DNA of 64,000 bases from NCBI GenBank assembly GCA_964016885.1, contig OZ024740.1, forward strand, positions 280,550,001 through 280,614,000. Reading direction: 5' to 3'. Position numbers and translations under genes: made by a program. A model generated the notes under the pieces. The model did no database searches, was not told where the DNA came from, and worked only from the letters and a program-made list of their open reading frames with translations. This document shows positions 30,328 to 45,144 of this stretch, piece after piece (the stretch's first letter is position 1; each line of letters opens with the position of its first letter). The stretch comes from Eledone cirrhosa (lineage: Eukaryota).

Positions 30328-30985
30328 ATATTAAATAAATGGAAACTATATTTATAAAACCATATTTATTCTATTATATATATTTCAAGGGTACCAAAAC
30401 TTTGGTACACTTTCATCAGATAAAATACAAAGTTTGTTTTATAAATTTTGACATAACCAAGAAAAGATACCTTAACGGTTCAAGTATCCAAGGAAAACCT
30501 GAACCGTTAAGGTATCTTTTCTTGGTTATGTCGAAATTTATAAATCAAACTTTGTATTTTATCTGATGAAAGCGTACCAAAGTTTTAGTACCCTTGAAAT
30601 ATATATAATAGAATAAATATGGTTTTATAAATATAGTTTCCATTTATTTAATATCATTGAATATTATACTCCAGAAAACTTGTTGAGTGTTCTGAATCAG
30701 TTCTAAACTTATATATTTGCTGAATTACCAACAAATTGCTTATATATATATATATATAAAAGCAAAAGGGATATTCAATTTGTTGGTAATTCAGCAAATA
30801 TATAAGTTTAGAACTGATTCAGAACACTCAACAAGTTTTCTGGAGTATAATATTCAATGATATTAAATAAATGGAAACTATATTTATAAAACCATATTTA
30901 TTCTATTATACATATTTCAAGGGTACTAAAACTTTGGTACGTTTTCATCAGATAAAATACAAAGTTTGATTTATAAATTTCGACA
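30328..30985. repeat. Alternating inverted repeats with three hammerhead copies (30367-30428 -, 30553-30617 +, 30898-30960 -)
   Basis: tattttat-CTGATGA-aagcgtaccaaagttttagtaccctt-GAAA-tatata-TA-atagaata. Confidence 0.8.
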
Positions 30986-31034
30986 TTTGTGGTCTTGTTT
31001 TGCTCTAACTAATGAATATATATATATATATATA

Positions 31035-32090
31035 TTTTCATTAGTTAAGCAAAAAATGACCACAAATTTCACGAGGAAGACATTATTAAAAGATTGTCAA
31101 CATATTTTAGTTTGATGTAAGGAATGTACAGAATAATAATAATAATATTAATAATAATAATGTCCGTTTACAATTGTTTCGCTACTCCATATAATATTTC
31201 TGGATCAAATGACTATATATCATTATTAATCAGGTTAAGTTGAAAATAATTAACATAGTTAGAGATAGAGCGGCTGATCGGAACTTCAAAGGAATATAAA
31301 TTAAAGTAAGGAAAGAATGTTACATAAATGTAATGTTCCATATATCGGTATTTCACTATGGTGTCCTGGGTGTATCAATTGTCTGCCATAATCAAGCAGT
31401 ATTCTTCTGTCGAGGCTGCATTGTGTGAGATCTGCCCATGGGTAACATTCTTTCCTTACTTTAATTTATATTCCTTTGAAATTCCGATGAGCCGCTCTAT
31501 CTCTAACTATGTTAATTATTTTCAACTGAACCAGATCAATAATGATATATAGTCATTTGATCCAGAAATATTATATGGAGTAGCGAAGCAATTGTAAACG
31601 GACATTATTATTATTAACATTATTATTATTAACAGGGCGGTGGATTGGCAGTATCGGTAGAGGGTCGGACGCCATGCTTTCCAGCATAGTTACGTCCCTT
31701 TACGATCTGAGTTCAAATCCCGCCGAGGTTGATTTTGCCTTTCATCCTTACGGGGTCGATAAAATAAAGTACCAGTAATGCACTGGATAATTGCTGGCCT
31801 TGTGCCTAAAGTAGAAACAATTATTATTAACATTATTATTATTATTCTCTACAGTTACGTCCCTTTACGATCTGAGTTCAAATCCCGCCGAGGTTGACTT
31901 TGCCTTTCATCCTTACGGGGTCGATAAATAAAGTACCAGTAATGCACTGGGTAATTGCTGGCCTTGTGCCTAAAGTAGAGACAATTATTATTCTCTACAT
32001 TCCTTACATCAAACTAAAATATGTTGACAATCTTTTAATAATGTCTTCCTTGTGAAATTTGTGGTCTTGTTTTGCTTAACTAATGAATAT
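31035..32090. repeat. Fold-back module (31035-31325 vs 31440-31632 plus 31985-32090) with SINE family 1 inserted in one arm (31633-31985)
   Basis: Arms are reverse complements; ttattattaacattattattatt occurs on both sides of the first SINE copy. Confidence 0.75.
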
Positions 32091-32256
32091 TTCCAGCTCT
32101 GTACGTTTAACTTCTGCTTGAACCACGCTTCCTAGCTGCTTTCCACTGCATATTGCACATTGAGCACATGCCTTTACGCTTTGGCTTCTAACTAATTCAC
32201 CAATCTCTCCTCTCCTATCTCCATCTCTCTCTTTAAGATTGGTTACTCTTGAACTC

Positions 32257-32327
<71 letters not shown>

Positions 32328-32667
32328 GATAACAAAATATCGTTATAGGTAATCCAGTTAGAGGTTATGAATATTTCGTATTATGGATAGTTTTAGCGTA
32401 CGGCGTTGTTTGACTCAACAAGAGGTTTACTTAGGTGGCGAGTTTATGATTTCACTTGTATTCCTATGTAAGTTTATCTTGGAGTAATACAATTGAAAAA
32501 GTGAATAATAAAACATGGTCAACAGTACAAAAAAGGGTTTTATTTACAGTCTTTACTGCTATATATATATATATATATATATGTGTAGGAGGTGAGTTTT
32601 ATTGTAGTACAATAAAGCAATGCAGATATCGGATAAGAAGCACTCTACAGTTTGTAGGATTGGAGTA

Positions 32668-33008
32668 TACATAATATATAAGATCAAAAGATGGTTAAAA
32701 GAGTTCCATGTATTTTATTATGCGCATTTCAAAAACAAATATCATCATGCAATAACATTTGTGTTTTCATCAGATAAAATAGGAAGACATGATATGAAGG
32801 TTAAAAAACACTTGTGGATAGTGCAGTTTTAAATCAAGATATGTTGATTTAAAACTGCACTATCCACAAGTGTTTTTTAACCTTCATATCATGTCTTCCT
32901 AATTTATCTGATGAAAACACAAATGTTATTGCATGATGATATTTGTTTTTGAAATGCGCATAATAAAATACATGGAACTCTTTTAACCATCTTTTGATCT
33001 TATATATT

Positions 33009-33013
<5 letters not shown>
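32668..33013. repeat. Near-perfect fold-back with ~165 bp arms and a hammerhead in each arm (32711-32782 -, 32901-32970 +)
   Basis: tttat-CTGATGA-aaacacaaat...atttgttttt-GAAA-tgcgca-TA-ataaa; the ORF track shows a near-identical peptide on both strands. Confidence 0.82.
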
Positions 33014-33104
<91 letters not shown>

Positions 33105-33270
33105 CAGTAAAGAGAGACGAACACAGATATATACCTATATGCGTTCAAATCATAAGGGACAGAAACCGCCAGGATGAAGAAAATACTGACAAAAATAGTA
33201 CCCTTATGATTTGAACGCATATAGTTATATATCTGTGGTTGTCTTTCTTTACTGTGTTATTTGATTATAA

Positions 33271-33458
33271 GGCGGTGGATTGGCAGTATCGGTAGAGGGT
33301 CGGACGCCATGCTTTGAAGCATAGCGTTACCTCCCTGTATGATCTGAGTTCAAATCCCGCCGAGGTTAACTTTGCCTTTCATCCTTCCGGGGTCGATAAA
33401 ATAAAGTACCAGTAATGCACTGGGTCGTTGCTGGCCTTGTGCCAAAAGTAGAAACAGT
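33271..33458 (+). mobile_element. Full-length SINE family 1 with target-site duplication
   Basis: gttatttgattataagg flanks both sides; A box tggcagtatcgg and B box gttcaaatcc. Confidence 0.85.
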
Positions 33459-33954
33459 TATTTGATTATAAGGGACACTTTTGTTTTTTTAACTCAATAT
33501 ATATTTTTGATAAATTGAGCTCCTATGCTTTTGTTGAGTGTTTAATATATCGGATGGTTCTGGCTGCTATTTTTTCTAGTAGCCTTATGTTCTATTCGAT
33601 CCACCTGGCACGCGATAACCACGTGCCTTCTCTCTTAACACATGTGCGTTATTTAGTGGTGAGGGTTATATTGGTCGTGAAGCATCCATTGAAAAACATT
33701 CGGACCAGTTCTACTCGAAAGCTGTCTGGATGCATGGTTGTTATCATAGTAGGTTCGTATATCTTTATTTATCCTTTTAATTGAGTTCTGTGAACCATAC
33801 CATTTTTGTCATTATTTTCTTCACCCAGGTGGTGTCTGTCTCTTATGATTTGAACTCATATTATTATATATCTGTGTTCGTTTCTCTTTACTGTGTTACA
33901 AGGCCCGGAAATTTCTTTTCCGTGAGCTAATATGATTATAAGGGACTATATCTG

Positions 33955-34886
33955 GATATATATAAAATTAAGTATGTGTGTGTGTGTGTGTCTGTGTATT
34001 ACCTATAGAGGCCTACATCTCACGACAGATTTTAATGAAACTTTACAGGCTCATAGATTAGTCATCAGGGAGTGTTTTTTATATATCAGCGTATCTTTTT
34101 TTTTATTCCGGGGTCATTCTGCAGATAAAAATCGATAGGGGGTCACCTTTTTTTAGGTATCGAAAAATAAGATCTTTGGCTCTAGCTCCCACATTCTGCC
34201 ACCGATTTCATTCAAATTTTAAAGCAAAATAGAATTTATCATTGCACATCCTGTAATGGCTTTATATTTTGTATTTGTTGTTCAGGAACAGCGTGGCAGC
34301 CACTTAAATATTCAAAAATACCACTTTTAGACTCAAATTTCCACTTTTTCGGCTCTAGCTCCCACATTAATCAACCTACTTTGTTCAAATTTTACACTAC
34401 GTTAGATCTGATTATTTCACGCGTCTTAAAGTGGCTTTATATTTTGGGGATTTTTTCTTCAGGAACGGCGTGGCAGCCGCTTAAATATTCGAAAATACCA
34501 CGTTTTCGCTCAAATTTCCACCTTTTCGGCTCTAGCTCCCACATTTTTCAACCGATTTCGTTCAAATTCGAAACTTCGGCTCCACCTCACACATAAATAA
34601 ATTTATTTGGTTCAACTTTTATACTACGATAGAACCTATCATTTCACATCTTATAGTAGCTTTACACTTTGCATTTTTTGTTCAGGGACGGTGACCTATC
34701 ATTAGCTCCCACATTTTTCAACCGATTTCGTGCGTTTCTCAGTGATAGAGGTCAACAGCATCCTCCTCTACATGGCCTGTGTGTGGCCATAGATGAGTCA
34801 TCGAGAAGCAGTCACTAAGATCAACACCTTTTCATCAAAGTTGATATTATTTTACCTACCCAGGCAACGCTGGGTACTGCTGCTAG
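33955..34886 (+). mobile_element. Non-autonomous Helitron-type element with internal tandem repeats
   Basis: Starts tatatataaaattaagtatgtgtg and ends acccaggcaacgctgggt-actgctgCTAGt; internal repeats ggctctagctcccacatt. Confidence 0.75.
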
Positions 34887-35888
34887 TATATATATATAAA
34901 TGCATTTGCACTAAGTATCTGAATGACGTGACAGATAAGATGAAAGTTTCAACACTGAAAAACCTCAGTGTATGCAATGTCGTCTACAATGTTGACAACA
35001 TTTTACGATATTGTAACTCTTGATATAACACTGAGTAGTTCAATTCTTGACAGAGAAGCATACAATTGTCCATGCGCAAATAGATTAGTTAGGAATATTA
35101 AACATAATTTACTTAATAATTGAATTGGCATTGGGATTTATTGACTGCCATTCAAATTAGAAATCCCAATTGCATAAACCTGAATGGCAGACGAGTGTCA
35201 TAATGTCTCTGTAACAATGACAAATTTTGTATAGTATTCACCTCCTGTGACACTAATGCCATCAATCATATGTTCATGTAATTGAGATATTTCCAGATCT
35301 TTTTTCATTTATATTACACAATAAAATTATAACATATTACGTTTGAAAGTGAAAGTATGGCGGATTGCTCCAACAAACTTCCAGCTGTTTAGACTCACTA
35401 TTTGATAATTACTCAAATTGCCATTATCATCATAGTAATTAATGCTTTTATAAGTGTCTAATTCTCCATTAAATATATTGATAATATACTAATTTATAGA
35501 ACAGCATTATTGGTAGGGGATCATATTGCGCGGTCTGTGACATTTGAAGAAACTAGTTTGCAGCAAAAACCACGATACATCAAATATCCTACTTCAAATT
35601 CCTAACACATAGTGAAGACGAACTCTTCGTGCCATTCTTATATTCTTTTTGTATCGCTCAATATATAATCTTCCTTACCTCTCCTTCAACAAGGTACTAT
35701 TTTTGTTTTTAGTTGTAATTATTTATTGTTCAATGAAAGATATAGCGTGAACATTCAAAACACAGTATCAAATAATTACTTCTATTCCCCAAAGAAAAAG
35801 GTTATTGTTTTACTCGATGAAAACAGTTGGAAAGGTAAATGGCATATCATGTAAAGATATGTTGTATATTTTATATTTATATGGATAT

Positions 35889-36064
<176 letters not shown>

Positions 36065-36816
36065 GCACGCACACAGACACACATATATATATATTAATAC
36101 ATATATATGTATATATATATATATTTATATATATATGCACATAGATCATACATATATATATATATACATATACATAGATCATATATATGTATATAATTGT
36201 ATATACGCACACTCATGCACACGCCCCCCTCCCCTAACATATGCACATACATAAATGAAATCTGCTATTCGTAAGTTTTAAATAGATAAAGAAGTGGTTG
36301 TGTATATATATAACGTATATAATAGAAATTGAAACTGTGTATGGTAATATGAAGGAACCAAATATTTGGCAAAAAGACAGATGAGTATATCAAGTGACGT
36401 GGGCTTGAATGAATTTCCAATGGCCTCTGACAGCTGGCGGTTTTCACAGTTGTTTAATTATATTTTGCGTAGATGAACTAGGCTCAAAAAATGCTTTTCT
36501 AAACAGCGACAAAAATCTGTAGAATTTGTTATTGGCTAAAACCGCTGCCTTGTAGTTGGCTAATGGCGACATCATTTCAGAGAATGTATTTGAAGAAGTG
36601 TTTTCTTTTATTCAGCTAGTATTGTTACACATTTATTGCTGATACAGGTACAACATTACTGTTGGGTTGATAGAACTAGTGGATCAACACATTAAAAGAT
36701 GTATAGTATTTAGTATCATATATGTATACTGAGTCCAAATTCTACCATTGTCAACTAGCTTTCATTTTTCTAGTGTCGATAAAATAACGTACGCACACAC
36801 ACGCATGCCTCTCTCT

Positions 36817-36875
<59 letters not shown>

Positions 36876-37534
36876 GAAATATATGGAGAATAGAAATGGC
36901 TGTTTAGTTGCTATTTAAGGTAACTTAAAATGCAATGGGAATACGAAGAAAGCAAGAACAGGGGGGGGGGGGGGGCTCATCAGTTGTCTACTGGGGGTCT
37001 AGGGTATTTCTACGCTTTAAAGACAATATACCACTTCACCCCAGGGCGTCAATAACTGGATAAGTTATTAGGAAAACGAAGGAAGGAGGGAAGGAAAGCA
37101 AAGGGGAAGAAAAGAGAAACATTAACAAAACAGCGAAAAAAACACAAACCGAGCAATGTGCGAGCAACAAACGGTCATGTTGACATTGAGTTATTCACAT
37201 TGGCCAATCTCCTCATTTTATGTCAGTGTATATACACATATATGTTTGTGTGTGTGTATGTGTGAGTATATAAACTTTAGACGTTATATTGAATTATTTC
37301 CTTTAACCGCCTCTATTAAGTTTGCATGTCTTCTCTACGTCAATGTATTTTTCCATACTTATATATGTATGTATTATGTGCCTACGTATAGACGGAAGAA
37401 ACCTATAAACAGGAAACCTGCAAATATAACCATCCCATATAGACACAAAATCCAGGATATAACCAAGTCTTCGTACGATATTCACTGTCCGTCAGGACAC
37501 ACACACACACAACACACACACACATAACACACAA

Positions 37535-37605
<71 letters not shown>

Positions 37606-37779
37606 TATTTAATTATGTTCGTACATCGAACAAAAGCGCTATCTAAGGCTTCAAGGCTCAATATTTACCATATCTCCAGAATGTGAAATAAACATATACA
37701 TATACAAATACACACACACACACATATACCTACGCGCGCGCGCACACATGCATACACACAAATATATAATATATATTAT

Positions 37780-39881
37780 TCTCGGCAGAGCTGTTCTGCT
37801 AGAGAACGGGTCGCAGGTGGCGAATAGCGATACGGCCACCAGATATGATGGCTAGTTGCGATATAATCGAGAAACTGCCGGACGAATTAGCAAATCCAGA
37901 CCAACAGCGGTAAACTACTAGGAGAGATGGAGCAATGGAGCAATGGGTGACACCTGTAGCTCCAGAGAAAACTCACAACCAAGCTACGACGAGGCGAGTA
38001 AAGACCGCCTATAAAAAAGTCTTGTCTTTGCGAGTTTGACAAAGTACCAGATTGGTAACAGGCGTGAATAAGACCACCGAAACTGAAACTGCAATATGAT
38101 GAGGAAAAAAGAATCATAATGCATCGTCCATCGCGTGGGTTAACAAGGGACGTGTTGAGGTATTATGTAGAGGGACCTGTTCGAAACATATATTGCAGTG
38201 TCCATTCCATGCTGCATAAACTGTCGATGTGCTGGCGACCTGGCCTGGAAGGAGTGGGATAGACGGACTAATATTGCGTATCCTGAGACCCAAAAGAGGA
38301 TAGGAAGGGAGCAAACCTTAACAGTTGGAACCTGGAATATCACAATCCTTACAGGTAAGAAACAGGAACAAGTGGAGGAGACTAGATGCTACCGGCTAGA
38401 TATAGTCAGGGTTTTCTCAACAAAGTTCCGTGGATCTGATACTGTAAATATATGTAGTTAAGAATGAGTTTTATATCTTGATGGGAGACTTCAGTGCACA
38501 TGTTGGCACTGGCCACCTGACTGACATGGAAAGGAGTGATAGGAAGGAATGGTGACCCCAATCTAAATATGAATGGAGAATCCTCTCAAAGACTTCTGTT
38601 CTAGCAATGGACTCTCTATTGTGAACACCTTCTTCCAGCACAGAGACATCCATAAATACACATAGTATAAGGAGAATCAAGTTCAGAGATCAATGATTTA
38701 TTTTGTTATTGTCTCTGATCTCTTTGATTCTGTGGATGTTCATTTTTAAGAGAGGGGCTGAGCTATCAACCGATCACCATATAGTTATCTGCAACTTGAG
38801 ACTAACTAAAGCCAAAGAAGACCACAAAACTGGTGAGTCCAAAGCGACCTACATGATGAAGTGGGAAGCATTGATGGATAAGGAAGTCAGGACCAGGTAT
38901 GCAGATACTATTGCATCCAAATTCAGAGGACTCTCTGAGCGAACCAAAGACGTTGAGACAGAGTGGAAATTGTTCAGCGCAGCAGTTTCTGCTTCAGCTG
39001 TTCAAGGATGCGGGTGAAAGAGGCTTGGTGTCGCGCCGGATGGCAGAAGGACCCCTTGGTTCAATCAAGAGGTCAAAGATGCCATCTGAGCAAAGAAGGG
39101 GGCTTACAAAGCTTGGCTTAGAAATAGGTTTTCCTTCTTACACTTGCAGGTCAAGCAGGCACGAAGTAAAGGCGTCCACAGTTAAGACATGGGAGTACTT
39201 TGGGGTTAAGCTGGAATCCGATTTCAGATCGGTAAATTAAATGTTCATGCGTCGACTTCGTAATATGAATACTTAGCAATATATAACATCAATATTGTTG
39301 ATCTCCTTCGAAAGAAAAAACTCAGAAAGGAAATGAATTGTCTCCCCTAACGTTACACGTGAAACAGAGGCCAGCATAACTTCAGTGTTATACTAGTTAC
39401 AAATGTGTTTTGCATTCACAGCATAGTAGTGTGGTAATTAACTAACCTTAGGAAACTTTTGATTCCTATATCAGTCCTACCACGACAATTTGTGCCCGTG
39501 TCATTCCCATTGAATTACAGGAAGAGGAATGTTTTGCAGATATATGTGCCCCTGTGCCTGTGGGCGGGTGTGTATGTGAATCTATATATATGCTAATTAT
39601 CTGTCTTTCTATATATGTGTGTATGTGTTTGTGTAAACGCGTGTAGTTTAGTGGTAAGAGTTTTCAGCAAACGATTATGAAATCGTGTTTGATGCATGAC
39701 GTCGTGTAGCATCCTTAGGCAAGTCACTTGCCTGCAGTTCATTCAGCTGGATATATAGTGTTGTACCGGCAATTCAAAGGAGCCAGCCTGGTCCTACATT
39801 ACAAGTGTATATGGAATGCTGAGCCACACACACACACACACACTCACTCTCTCACTCACTCACTCACTCACACTCACACAT

Positions 39882-39944
<63 letters not shown>

Positions 39945-39985
39945 TACATGCATACAAACACGCATATACAAACACACACAATCAC

Positions 39986-40052
<67 letters not shown>

Positions 40053-40610
40053 CCACACCTGCTATGAAGAACGCGTCTGGGGAGGTCCACTCTTCAGAGA
40101 GGTGCATCCTCGTGTGACGGAGAGAATACTTAGCTGATCTTCTAAACCCGACCACAACAGCATCTTCTGATGTTCATGAGGTGCATCTTGGAGCGGTGAT
40201 TAATCTCTTGGAGGCTGAAGTCACAAAAGCAGTTAAAGAGCTCAAATATAGCAAGGCCACTGGGGAAGAGGCAATCCCGTCCGAGATGTTAAAAGCCTTA
40301 AATAGAGAAAATATTCTCAGGCTGACTCGTGTGTGCCGGGTAGACTGGATCTCTGGAAAGGCACCTAAGCAATCGCAATCGGGAGGGATAATCACAATTT
40401 TCAAAAAGGGAGTCAAGAAAGATTGTTCCAGTTACAGAGGGATCACCTTGTTAAGCTTCCTCAGTAAAGTCTATGTTAAGTGTCTGGCAAAGAGATACAG
40501 GAAGATTGTCGAGTCCAAGCTAGCTGATGAACAGTGTGTTTTTTGCATTGAACGCAGTACAGTCGACTAAATATTTACACCGCGGCGGGTCTTTGAGAAA
40601 TCGTGCTTCG
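37780..40610 (+). mobile_element. Degenerate RTE LINE: 5' UTR and APE endonuclease (37780-39260), RT start (40060-40610), interrupted by a SINE and (CA)n
   Basis: LTVGTWNITILTGK, ELSTDHHIVIC, KATGEEAIPSEMLK and FKKG..KDCSSYRGITLLS. Confidence 0.85.
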
Positions 40611-41237
40611 ACAAAACCAGCCCCCCTCACTGTTTACCCTCAGAAATAATGGTTCAGGAAGTTTTATTAGAAAGATGCAATTATTTAGTACAGGCCAAAA
40701 GGACATATAGGGGACACCCAGATAAGGAGGAATAAAAAAAAAACTAGACAGATAACGTATAAATGAAATAAATATAATATATAAATCTTCATACCCATAT
40801 AGAATTGCACCCATACACTGATATATTCAATAAATAAACATTGTTGCCTCGAAAATCGAGACGAAGTGTGAGTGTATTTGAAATTCACAGAAATAATTTG
40901 AAAACTCGAACGTAAAAATAGCTGTTAAAAATAGCTACGAGTTACTTAATCAGCGGGAAATTAGTACCTCTGGAATAGCTCAATTGCCACCTCACTGCTC
41001 TGGTTTACTTCAGCCATCGCAGTAGTAAACTCAATCTTCAGTATCATGTAACTTGACAGCAAAGGGGAGGCAAGCTAGTTTTGACTATTACCCGAGACCA
41101 CATTGGCACGTATTCAAACTGAACACCCCCACCCAAAACGGACCATGAAGCATTTAATCAGGGCTTCCGTATAGAGAGCAAAGACATGATTGCAAATAAT
41201 TAATAAATAAATCGAACTATATATATATACATATATA

Positions 41238-41296
<59 letters not shown>

Positions 41297-41299
<3 letters not shown>

Positions 41300-41942
41300 G
41301 TTTCTACTTTAGGCACAAGGCCAGCAAATACCCAGTGCATTACTGGTACTTTATTTTATCGACCCCGTAAGGATGAAAGGCAAAGTCAACCTCGGCGGGA
41401 CTTGAACTCAGATCGTAAAGGGACGTAACTATGCTGGAAAATATATATTAGAATGTGCGTTTGATATACGCTAGTATTCGAAACATTCAACATTAACTGA
41501 CTGACCATTCAATACATAAACACACATACATATATACATATATACATACATACATATATAATTGCTTCTACTTTTGGCACAAGGCCAGCAAATACCCAGT
41601 ACATTACTGGTACTTTATTTTATCGACCCCGTAAGGATGAAAGGCAAAGTTAACCTCGACGGGATTTGAACTCAGATCATAAAGGGACGTAACTATGCTA
41701 GAAAGCATGGCGTCCAACCTTCTACCTATACTGTCACCGCCCGTCATAGATACATACATAATTGTTTCTATTTTAGGCACAAGGCCAGCAATTACCCAGT
41801 ACATTACTGGTATTTTATTTTATCGACCCCGTAAGGATGAAAGGCAAAGTTAACCTCGGCGGGATTTGAACTCAGATCATAAAGGGACGGAACTCTATGC
41901 TTCAAAGCACGGTGTCCGACTCTCTACCGATACTGCCAATCA
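41297..41942 (-). mobile_element. Three tandem SINE family 1 copies; more at 49777-50192 and 62724-62890
   Basis: Repeated SINE consensus. Confidence 0.85.
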
Positions 41943-42792
41943 TACATAATAGTTGTATCTCAGTTTTGAGATTTGCCATCTCTTAACTCTTTTTTTTTAT
42001 ACAAGCGTGGTAGGCACATGACAATTTAGCCCTTTCAAGGTCTTACATTCATTTCTGCATATGCTGCAGCAAAAGAAAGAAAATGCCATGATCACGCAAC
42101 ACACATGAAAGTCGTTTAGATCAAGTGATGTTTGTGTTGAAGCTTTTTTAAGTGAAGAAAGGTCTTGTACTGGACCAATCCTACTCTCTGAACCATGATG
42201 ACAGGTATCCAAAAAGAACAGGTTAACAGCATTGACTGCTATCGAGTTGCTCGTTTTACATTAGGTTTTATATCTCCTAGAATGATGTCCTAACAAGAAC
42301 ATCTCTCACTCACGCTGGGCTAACCGCGCGCTTGGGAAATAAATCCAGTATTTCCATGTCCTCACGCATACATACATACATACATACATACATACATACA
42401 TACATACATACATACATGATGGCTGCTCCCTCGTTATCGAGTATGGCCATTGCACGATATACCATTATTAATAATTACTAATTAATTCTATTGTACAATG
42501 CCTGTACGTGAAGATATTTTTTAAAGTGAGGAAAGACTGTGCACTGAGCCAATCCCACTCTCTGAGTGACAGTAGCTATAACCCGAAAAGAAGAAAAGAT
42601 CAACATCATCGGTACCTACTGAGCCGCAGGTTTTATGTCGGAGTTATCCCAGTTTCCTGAGTTACCTTCTCCCAGAAGAATGCCCTGACAAAGGCTAGGG
42701 CTCCTTCACTCCCAGTGGTTTAACCGCGCGATCGGGTATCCAGCCCGATTATTTCTATTTTCCCGCGCATATACACACATATGCACACATGC

Positions 42793-42851
<59 letters not shown>

Positions 42852-42858
<7 letters not shown>

Positions 42859-43146
42859 ATTATGTAATAAACAACATAAGGCAATTATTCCATTTACCAG
42901 TGGTTTCTTAAAAGTAAAAGGTTTTGCTTTCAATCCTCAGAATGAAAAATCCTGGTTTGTTTATTGAATATGGATTCTAAAAACAAAAATGCAATCTATA
43001 TGAAAGTGAGGCTGGAAAAGGGAGAAGGAAAGGAAAAATAAAATAAAACTACACATGCAAACACACACAAAAAAACACAAAAGCATACTTACACACACAT
43101 ACATATATACACATATATATAAATGCACGCATACACATATACATAT

Positions 43147-43226
<80 letters not shown>

Positions 43227-43289
43227 AGCGTACACCTACACACACATACACATATATACACACATATACACATACATATATTCATACAT

Positions 43290-43354
<65 letters not shown>

Positions 43355-43378
43355 TATATATACACATGTACATATCCA

Positions 43379-43412
<34 letters not shown>

Positions 43413-43421
43413 TACACATAT

Positions 43422-43457
<36 letters not shown>

Positions 43458-43812
43458 GTGTGTACAAGCATACACATACACATACACATATATATACACA
43501 CACATACATACATTCACACAAACATACAACGTACATACATACACATACATGAATGCACTCCACTACATATTCACACAAGCAAATAAATATAAGAAAAAAA
43601 TATATAAATATATATATTTATTTTATTTTTCCTTTCCTTCTCCCTTTTCCAGCCTCACTTTCATATAGATTGCATTTTTGTTTTTAGAATCCATATTCAA
43701 TAAACAAACCAGGATTTTTCATTCTGAGGATTGAAAGCAAAACCTTTTACTTTTAAGAAACCACTGGTAAATGGAATAATTGCCTTATGTTGTTTATTAC
43801 ATAATAATAATA
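42852..43812. repeat. Fold-back (42852-43050 vs 43615-43812) enclosing CA/TA microsatellites
   Basis: Reverse-complement arms; minimal CTGAGGA-tt-GAAA at 43724-43736. Confidence 0.75.
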
Positions 43813-43878
43813 ATTAAGCTCTGTTGCATACATAGAGCACTCTTTTTTCCTGGACTTTTCCGATGGAATTACTTCATT

Positions 43879-43947
<69 letters not shown>

Positions 43948-44031
43948 CGTTTCTGAATTTGTTTAGCAAGATTCTTTATCTGAAATCGTGTGTTGAAACC
44001 GATATTGTTATACTAAATATGTATATACATG

Positions 44032-44119
<88 letters not shown>

Positions 44120-44129
44120 CATGTATATA

Positions 44130-45142
44130 CATATTTACACATTTTTGGAGTTCTTCCACCCGTTGTCAGAGAATATGGTCATCAGAGCTCTCAGCGTACA
44201 ACAAGCAAATTGCCTATAATACGTTTTCTGTACTCCTCCTAATACCAACATTGGCCTGTTGAACTGGTTATAGTAAGTATTTGATGTGATGAATGTGGTC
44301 TTGCAAGCTGCTCAATATGACTAGTAACTACAACATCAGCAATGATGTAGATAGGCTATATTTCTCCCGCAAAGAGCGTGACCGTTTCCTAGACATCTCT
44401 ATTAACATCATATGACATCCGAATAGTGACACTGACGCAAAATCTCCAACAAAAGAAAAAGGTCATTAACCATCCCTCTCCGCTTTATGAGCTTGCAAAT
44501 AAAAATGTTAGGAGAAACATTGAAATTTAGGTGAGATATTAAATAAAATCTGGCATTAGAAAACCTTATTCAGTTCTTGAGCAAAATAATAAAAAAGAAC
44601 AATGGACCAGCTCACTGAAAAGGTTGCAGACGGGTACCTGAGACGAATAAAAGCAGACTATAAAGGGGATGAAACACACTGAAAGCCTGAAATGGATTTC
44701 TGGCAAGATCACAGCATTTCACCATGAAGGATACCTCCATGCAATCCAGTAACAAGAAATCCCCACTAAGTATCTACTACACAAAAGAGGAAAATGGCCA
44801 ATTGACAATAATTATTTACTGTGCAAAAAAAAAAACAAGAAAGAAAAAACATGAATTCCTACTCGCTACTAGCTTCTTACAAGACATGGTGTTGTAACCA
44901 GAACAATCTGAAATACACCACGGAAGACAAATAAAAAACTGATGGTTAATGGAATATTGGTCGAACACAAAAATTAAAACTAGTAGCTAATTAAAACATA
45001 ACCGTCCTGATATTGTTGTTTGGAACCATACAATAAAACATACACTGTCATGGAAGTTATCTGCCCACTCGATGTCAATATTGAAAAACAAATGCAAGGG
45101 ACAGGGGCTATTTGCGGACAATTGATGAGAAGTTGGCAGATC
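44130..45142 (+). mobile_element. Highly decayed R4/Dong family A copy
   Basis: gatgtagataggctatatttctcccgc (DVDRLYFSR), cataaccgtcctgatattgttgtttgg (HNRPDIVVW) and tgcccactcgat; similar to the reverse of 5200-6000. Confidence 0.7.
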
Positions 45143-45144
45143 TA

